The notes under the pieces were generated by a model that saw nothing but the letters and a program-made list of their open reading frames with translations, ran no database searches and was not told the origin of the DNA. Of a DNA stretch of 64,000 nt, positions 55,501 to 64,000 are shown piece by piece. The position numbers were made by a program, and so were the translations under genes. Every line of letters begins with the position of its first letter. Position 1 is the stretch's first letter. The DNA comes from Eledone cirrhosa (taxonomy: Eukaryota): positions 181,288,001 to 181,352,000 of the forward strand of contig OZ024740.1 of the NCBI GenBank assembly GCA_964016885.1, written 5' to 3'.

Positions 55501-56319
55501 TGCACATATATAAACCAGTAGTTAAATATATGTTTGATATTTTAAAAATACTGCCTTACTTTCTTTCATTTCAAAGTGTTCGGGAATTCGTTGAATTAAG
55601 AAATGTTTTGGTAATTCTAAATCTATTTAATAAGTTGCACTTTAATAGTATATTACAATTTGGATAAAAAAAATCAAATAATTCGTCACTTTTTGATATC
55701 ACTAAGGTTCTCTTTAACAATATGGGTTTTATCATAACAGGTTATATGAAATTTAATTATATTTATCAGCCTTCTAATTATTGATATATTATTTATATAA
55801 TTAATGATTCGATGAATTGTGAACATTTAGTGAGATTGTCAAAAAGGAGAGTGGAAAAAACCCCCAAAAAAACAAAAAAATGATGGAAACAAATACAATC
55901 CACTTGATTACCAAATAGTTCCAAATATACCTGAGGTAAAACAATCAATTCTGAATTACGTAGATTCAGGTTCAATATCACCTCACAGACATTAGTTCAA
56001 TATATTTTGTTTTGGTGTTTGGTGTTGAGAAATGCATTGAAAGCGAATCTTTCTAGATGGAAACTATACAAAAGACCATAATATATGTATGTATATATCA
56101 GAAAATTAGTGGGTTTATTTTTAAAGAGATCTCCCACTCGGGAGATAGTATAAGGAAAATAAATTGAATATGCAACTGGAGTCTTTTAAGAACATTTATT
56201 TATTTAATTTACCGATTTCACAGTTCTTATGATTTTCAAAAGTTGAATTAAGATGGAGGGCTTGTGTTTCCGTTGTTGTTCGTCTCGCATATATGTTTGT
56301 ATAAATACATACATGTCTA

Positions 56320-56392
<73 letters not shown>

Positions 56393-56569
56393 GTGTGTGT
56401 GTGTGTGTGTGTGTGTGTGTTGGTGTGTGTGTTTGTCTGTGTCTGTGAGAGAGAGAGAGTATGGATGTAAAAATTAAGCGGGAATTGCAAAGAAAACAAC
56501 ACAGTACAATGAAGCAATATATTAAATTTGAGCTTGAAATTATAGGAAAAGTTTCTTAAAGTTTCCTGT

Positions 56570-57365
56570 ATAATGTGGCCATTATACAGGAGCAAATCAT
56601 GGAATAGCTTAGATAGGACAAGACATAAGATAGGGAAAGCCACCTGATGGTACGACAACCAGAGATACCAGAGTGTCATGTTTGTGGACGCTACCCATGG
56701 AGGGAAATTAGCTAACCAGTGTAGAAAGGCCCTGAGAAAGACCCACTTAAAGATTAAGGTGGTAGAAAAGCCAGGAACCACCTCAAAATCCCTGATCAGC
56801 AAAACCACCCTTTTAAGAAAACCCACTGTACTAATAGGAAATGTATTATATGTAAAGTAAATCCCCGGATAAACTGTAAAACTAGAAACGTAGTCTATAG
56901 CATGAGATGTACAGAGGGTACTTGATGAAACATGACAACAACATACATAGGCGAGAGAGCTGGTCGCATAGGTGAAAGGATAGACCGACACTGAGGGGAA
57001 CTAAAAGGACGAAAAAACGGTTCAGTACTATATGAACATGCCAGACAACAACACGACGGTAACATAGACAACATAGAAATTAGAATAATATCTAAACATA
57101 GAAATGACCCAGCAGATAGGCAAATCAGAGAGGTCAGCGAAATAGAATTTAGAAGGCCAAGGTTAAACAGAAAAAATGAATGGAATAACAACAACATCCA
57201 TACAAACAATACTAACATAAGGGTAGTATTTAAAAAATAAATAAATACATACACAACCACAATAACAACAAACACATATAAACACACACTAGTAAACTAA
57301 GATAGAATACAATAACCAATACACAGTCACCCAAACACGAACACACATCAAACACTATACACAGT
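56570..57365 (+). pseudogene. Older diverged 3' fragment of the same Naiad-like PLE family
   Basis: MFVDATHGGKLANQCRKALRKTHLKIKVVEKPG matches the intact ORF; stops and frameshifts in the GIY-YIG region. Confidence 0.92.
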
Positions 57366-57470
57366 ATTGAAGTTTCCGTTGAACATTGAGAAAGGCATAG
57401 GAGTGAAGAGTGATCTATGTAAGTATCAGAGCTAAATGTTATGTATAATAAACAATACAAGATAATTACC

Positions 57471-57534
57471 TCATTACCAGAGGTTTCCCGAATAAGACGA
57501 ATACGAAAAATGTCCCCATTCGTTCATCGGACAA
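57471..57534 (-). ncRNA. Candidate hammerhead (U4C) downstream of a degenerate PLE
   Basis: CCGATGA-a-cgaatggggac...gtcttattcg-g-GAAA-cctctgg-TA; stem I is weak. Confidence 0.35.
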
Positions 57535-57599
57535 AACGATTTAAAACATAGTAAAATATTTGAAAAATCTCCTCAAGAAAGGCAAGAGTTTAACGGGCA

Positions 57600-58050
57600 A
57601 AAAAGATAAAGCAAGAGATATATAAAAATAAGGAAATGATAGTTAGGGTATGTGTATAAATGTGTATATATTCACTCACAAATGTACATATGTGTGTATG
57701 TACAAATGCATGTGTATAGTGAAAATGTGTGCATAAGTACATATATGAGGGCAAGCATAATAGTGTATGTGACCACAAATACGTATATAATATAAGTTGA
57801 AAAAGGAATTGTAAGATAATGTACATCCAGATTTAGGTATTAAATATATACACATACATGTATGAAAGCACGCGTATAAACACACACATACGCGCGATCA
57901 TTTATATGCGGAAGATAAAAATGGAAGGGAGTGTATTATTAAAAAAGAGTGTCATATTCGATACATATAAAAATGAAACAATATATGAGAAAGAAAGAAT
58001 GTTGTTTAAATCAAAGAGAAAATAAGAGGGAGCGGTTATCAATTATAAAT
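57600..58050. repeat. Inverted repeat arm paired with ~60260-60669 plus 63949-64000
   Basis: The same spurious ORF translations occur on opposite strands; the homology resumes after the RTE insertion. Confidence 0.85.
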
Positions 58051-58799
58051 TAACACTTGAGAAAAAGAAAACAAACATAGGTTCGCACGTACGCACATAT
58101 GCATATAAATATATATATATATATGAATACGTACAAGCAAAAGCGCATGCATACGTACATACATACATAGGAAGCACACATATATATATCGGCACACGTA
58201 TATCTAAGCACACGTACGTACGCGACTATATATATACATATATGCATACACACACATACATACATATACATATATATATATACACATATTTATACAGATA
58301 GATTCATCCACATACAAACACTCGTATACATATAGATATAAAAAAACACATGCTCACACATATAGACACACACACATACGGAGGCGCATGCACACTCACA
58401 CGCATAGATACAAATTATAAACCAGCCATATGAAAAAAAAGCAATACAAATATAAAAGCGGCTGCGAAACAACAGAATATATCTGGAGTTGAAAACGCAA
58501 GTGACACAGTGATATCAGGTAGTGAAAGAAAATGGGGAAGTAAAATGTGGAATGTGAAGATATTAGGTAAGTAAATCAAAAAGTAGGTGCGGGGGTGGGG
58601 TGGGGGGTCACTGGTGGATGTGAAGTGAAAATAAAAATAAAAATGAAAATAAAGTTAAAAATGAAAGTAAATCAGAAAGAGAAGTCTGCAAAGAGGATAA
58701 TTTAAGTAAAGTGAAGAACAAGAGTTTATAGAGGATAAGTATCTGAAAGTGAGTTAAATTTATATGAGCTGGAAAGCAAGTGTGATTTCATGTGTGGAC

Positions 58800-60260
58800 A
58801 ACTGGTGAAAATTTCTGTTTTTGTATTTAGGCAGGTTTTTGGTGATTTAAGGTTCTGTAAAATCCAATATTTTTTCACTTATTCAGAGTGTGCATCTTCT
58901 TGTTCCTCTTGCATATTCTTTAGATTGGTTCAAAATTGACCGATCCAATTTATATTGGATACCTTGGTCTTTCAAATCCCATATTCTGCTAGCCAGAGGT
59001 GTTGTAAATCATTTTTCTGGATGTCAGAAAGATGCGACATGTGAGTAATAACGCGTTTTGAATTTGTCTTGTGTCATACCCACATATCGTTCGCTGGTGG
59101 CTGATAGGTTGTTGTTGATGGTTATCACTTTAGCCGCATATACAATGGCTTTGGTGTTGCATTTACCTTGTAATGGGCATACACTTTTGACTCTACAGGA
59201 GCAATTTTGATGTTCTCTGGGTGTTTTCTTATTGATGATATAAGATTAATAGGGGGACTGGAGGAGTAGCTAATTTTGACACAGTTTCTATTGAAGATCT
59301 TATAGTATCTATGTGTTCTAGGGAAATGTTTATCTAAGAGCTCTATGAATTGTTTGCCTACATTAGTTTGAACTGCTAGAGAGTATGGGGGTGTGAACCA
59401 GATTATTTTTCTTTTCCTATTATTATGTTTAAAGGAGTTAGTATTGTTGGGTATGTACTTAATCGGTTCGCTAAATCCGCTATTTTGAAGGGCTTTATTA
59501 TAGTAGGGGGAAGCCTTATTGAAAATAGCTTCTGAGGAAGAGAGGGTGGAGATCCTACGGCTAATATTAGGGATAAGTTTTTTAAAAACTATAGGAGGAT
59601 GGCAAGAGCCTTTATTTATATATTTTAAATGTTCATTAGGTTTATGGTACGGTTTATAAGAAGCAGTAGGCAGATCTAGGTTTATATCTAGAAAATTAAC
59701 ATTGGAAAGGTTAGTGTCAATAGTAATTTTAAAATTAAAACGAGCGAAGGTTTTTATTAAGTCTTTCCTTAATCTAAGTTATGGCCTATGGTGGTATGGG
59801 AAAGTATTAGACCATCGTCGCGATAAAGCCCCAAAATATGGTTAGGGAATTTTTCTTTAAGTGTGTGTAGGAGGAATAGGCCGACTAAATCACAAACATC
59901 AGCACTGTCAAAAGAACCCATTGAGACATCGAATGGGTTCTCTGGATTAGATATTTTTTATCCAAGTGTCATTATTAGTAAAGAGTAGAGTGTTTCTAGC
60001 ATGCAAGATGACATTCTCTTCAATATCAGAAATATTGGTAAACTTTCTAGCGAAATTTAAGGCTTTCGCTAAAAGAGGCTGAGTAATAGACGGGTAGAAA
60101 TCTACAATGTCAAATTGGGTGAATCTAGAACTATTTTTGTGTAGGAAGTGTTAGAAGGTGTTGGGATATTCATGACAGAGTAATCCAAAGGATATTTATC
60201 CATGTTCACTATTGGTTTAAAATCCTATTGACTGAAACGTGCTCGACTTATCTTTTTATC
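58800..60260 (-). pseudogene. Degenerate Penelope-like element (YRDDG-type RT + GIY-YIG)
   Basis: Manual translation gives QFDIVDFYPSI, MGSFDSADVCDLVGL, GLYRDDGL and CSC...CPLQGKC...IVY...YVGMT. Confidence 0.85.
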
Positions 60261-60669
60261 TAGTGTTAATTTATTATTGATAAGCCTTCCCTCTTACTTT
60301 CTCTTTGATTTAAACACATTTTTTTCTATCTCATATATTGTTTCATTTTTATATGTATCGAACATGACACTCTTTTTGACTAATACACTCCCTTCCCATT
60401 TTATCTTCCGCATATAAATGATCGCTCGTGTGTGTGTGTTTATACGCGTGCTTTCATACTTGTATGTGTATATATTTAATACCTAAATCTGGATGTACAT
60501 TATCTTACAATTCCTTTTTCAACTTATATTATATACGTATTTGTGGTCACACATACAGTATTATACTTGCCCTCATATATGTACTTACGCACACATTTTC
60601 ACTATACACATGCATTTGTACATACACACATATGTACATTTGAGTGAATACATACACATTTATACACAT

Positions 60670-63600
60670 CATCATCATCATTCGTCAACCACTGTCGAGA
60701 TGATGGATCTCACTCTCATGCCCCAGAATTCCCTGTCCCCCATCGCTGCCCCCATGTCCCGTCTACTGATTCCCGTATCCCTAGCGATAACGTCAGGGAA
60801 TGACAGCTTCCTACTCCTAGTCAGGCTGGAGTCAGGGTTCCAGAGCAAGAGAGCGGATATGATTTCATTGCTGGCACGGTGACAGTGGCCAGCAAATTGA
60901 GCTCTCCGGGATTTTAGAAGGGCAGAGGCTCGATGGAGTTTGCCATAGATTTTAGACAAGATGGGATGTCGTTTCCAGGATAGGTTTTGCACTCTCATTA
61001 AGAGGCGGGTATATGTGCCATCTAATCTCCTCTCAAATTGTGATGTTAGTGTCCAAGTTTCGGATCCATAAAATAATGTGCTTAATGGTTGCTTGGAATA
61101 TTTCCAGTTTTAGCCTTTGGTAAGTTGAGATGTCCATATGGCGTGCATGTCATTGCACGCTGACCATGCAATACCCTTCCTGGTTAGAAAATCTTTTTTG
61201 GAGGAGGAGATATATGAGCTAAGATACTTGTACTCTTCCACCTGCTTAAGGGTGGTACCATTAAGGGTTCTGATGGGGTAGTTTGGGCTGTTTGCACATC
61301 TGTTCAAATACTCAGTCTTGGATTCGTTGAGGTACAGTCCAACACAGTTGGATGCTTGCTCTAATGACTTCAAAAGACTCTCAGCATTTTCCAGTGACCG
61401 ACTGATCAATGCGATGTTGTCAGCAAAGTCGGTGTCGGTCAAGTATTTTGCTGGGTAGCGTGAGCTTCTCCTACGCTGTAGTTGGTATCCCCTATCCTGA
61501 ATCCTATCCACAGACATGCGCAAAACATAATCCACAACAATGATAAATATATACGGGGAAAGGGTATCGCCCTGTAAAATTCCAGCGAGGATTGAGAAAG
61601 GTGGTGTTTCCCCATCTGGGGTCAGGACAGTTGATTTGGTATCTGTATACATTACACGTATGGCCGCGATGATTTTATCAGGAATCCCATAAAGTTGTAG
61701 AATTTCAAACATCCCCGACCTGTCAACTGAGTCGAAGACAGAGAATCTGCCTAAGTGTTGATCTACCTCTCCTAAATCCATTCTGGTTGTTACGATGGAT
61801 TGGCTCAAGAAATGGAATTAAGCGGTTACGGAGAAGCTTGTTGTATATTTTTGCAGCAATTGCCATGAGAGAAATTCCTCTATAGTTGGTGGCTAAAGAA
61901 AGATCTCCTTTTTGGAGCATGGGGATAATTTGAGCTGCATGCCAGACGCTAGGTGGTTTATTGGTCTCGAAAGTATGGTTACATAGGTTGAGCAAAAGGA
62001 TGTGGAAATGCTCATCCTTCCAAATCAGGGTAGATATATTATCCGGCCCAAAGGCTTTTGAGGCTTTGAGCTGTTTGATGGCTTCTTTGAGCTCAGGCAT
62101 GGTGAAAGGAGAGGTGTTGATTCCTAAAGGCTCTGAAACCTGAACGGATGGCAGTTGATAGTTATCAGGGAGTCTAGCCTTTTTCCCTAGAAGGTTTTTA
62201 AAATGAGCAGACCAATTTTCAAGCCGTTTTTTGGCAAAGCCTCCTTTTATTCTAACTGCAGAGTTTGAGTTTTGCCTGAAAGATCTTTGACAACCTTCCT
62301 AGAAAGATGATGGTGTTTGCTGATCTGATGTTGCGATAGCTGATCAATCCTACCTGAGATATAGTCGGCTTCAGCATTAAGGTAAGCGTCGTCTAGTGAT
62401 TTTTTGGCCATGATAAGCTGTATCTTTTTCCCTTGAGATGGTGATTGATGGTGAGATTGGGATATTGACCTAAGATGGGCCCTTGCCTCAACCACCCTCT
62501 CTGAGGCACTAGGTTTCATTTGGCTTCGGCTTTTCTTTTTAGGTAGGGTGGCAAGTGCAAATTCCTCTGTTGATTGCTTAAGACAGTCATCCACATCCTC
62601 AATATTATCGTCATTGATGTCAGAAGTTGAGAGAGATTGAAATCTGTTATAGACTTGAAGCTTGAAGCTATTGGATAGTTGTTTGTTGGAAGAAACGGCT
62701 TTCCAGTCTATTCTTTTCATAGGATGAGGTTCGGCCCTCTTGGATATCCTGAGACTAAGTTTGATTGTTGCCGAGATGACTAGATGATCTGAGCCGACAG
62801 AGCTAAAGGAGGAATAATATCTAGAATCCTTGATTGAGTTTCTTCATTTCTTGCGAAATATCAAATAGTCAATCTGAGCTCGTTTTTGGTTTGGGTATTC
62901 GAAGGTCCAAAGCCGGCCTCAGGTCTTCATGAAACTGTTGTTTGAGCTGAATAGACTGAATTCTTCCATGAAGTCCTTGAGATATTCCCCGCTTCGGTTA
63001 GTAACCCTATTGTATGTGAACTTTACTTCATCCGGGCCAAGTTGAGCGTTGAGGTCTCCAGCGATGATAAGAAAGTTGTGTAAGGGTACTTGCTCAACAG
63101 CTGTGCGAAGGGTCGTGTAGAATTCTCTTACCTCATCCTCAGGAGAGGCGTTATGAGGACTGTATACACATATCGCAGTGGTTCTAGGATTGCCCTCTAG
63201 TGTAAGCACCAAGATTCTGGGAGAGATTGTTTCAATCCCCAGAAGATTATTGCTGGCTTTAGATGAGAGAAGGCAGCCGATTCCTCCGACGGAGGCATTG
63301 ACAGGGTTCTTGGTGGCTGAAGAGGTGACAAGTTGGGAGGATCCTAGGGTGTGATACTTGAGATCATCCTTTGGGTGGAAAAAGCGGTGTTCTTGGACCG
63401 CAAGGATGTCAATGTTCTGAAGTTTGGCATTCTCTGCCAGCTCCTAGAGTCTACCTGTTGGAAGGAGGGTTCTGGTGTTCAAGGAGCTAAGTTTATTATT
63501 TGCATATTACAGTTAGCCAGGCGAGATTTGCTTGTTGTTTGGTTAGGACCTGTTTCTTCTCTATCAGATGAACCCCGTCCCTTGAGATTTGAGGATTCAT

Positions 63601-63948
63601 CATCATTCGATGCCTTTGTAGGTGCATTATGATCAGAAACAGGACCCGGGAAAGCAGGGGCTGGACCTATATCACCAGGTATACCATACAGTGTGGTTCC
63701 CTGAGGTACAGGAACCCTGGTGCATTTAGTTGCGAAATCCATCATCTTTTCAAATAGCGACTACTCTAATGCTTGCAACACGAACAATTAGGGCGAGGGT
63801 ATAAATGCCAGGTTGGTATCTGGCGCCGGGTAACCCACCACACGGAGGAGAAAGCACCTTCTTCAAGAATTGGCTGTCAAATTCTTTCACATGTGTGTAG
63901 TAGTGGCGCCCACACACATTATTAGCTATTTGAAAAGATGAAGAGATG
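60670..63948 (-). mobile_element. Full-length decayed RTE-clade LINE with (ATG)n tail and 12-bp TSD
   Basis: APE (VYSPH, AGDLNA) and RT (NYRGISL, QNGFR, GILQGDTLSP, DFADN) fragments; (CAT)n at ~60667-60681; TSD atttatacacat at 60658-60669 and 63949-63960. Confidence 0.92.
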
Positions 63949-64000
63949 ATTTATACACATACCCTAATTATATTTCCTTATTTTTATATATCTCTTGCTT

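Overview
Eukaryotic, repeat-dominated DNA with no supportable host gene. The Nin-domain-like SINEs and long (TA)n arrays suggest a cephalopod such as Octopus (inference). The first ~32 kb is an interrupted (TA)n array holding many retroelement insertions. These include a near-intact APE-RT LINE with a CCCH-finger ORF1 and an in-phase U_UUU_UUA -1 slippery site, and a 14-kb composite of a young Penelope-like element (Naiad-like RT + GIY-YIG; two intact tandem 1210-aa ORFs, one 5'-truncated copy, one inverted frameshifted copy). The array also holds several short non-coding islands with hammerhead-ribozyme (HHR) motifs, among them a ~590-bp tandem retrozyme-like family whose HHR has a U3-A8 covariant core. 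The rest is AT-rich sequence with degenerate Penelope-like elements, a full-length decayed RTE LINE with a 12-bp TSD, SINEs and microsatellites. All ribozyme calls come from manual motif and pairing inspection, not computation.
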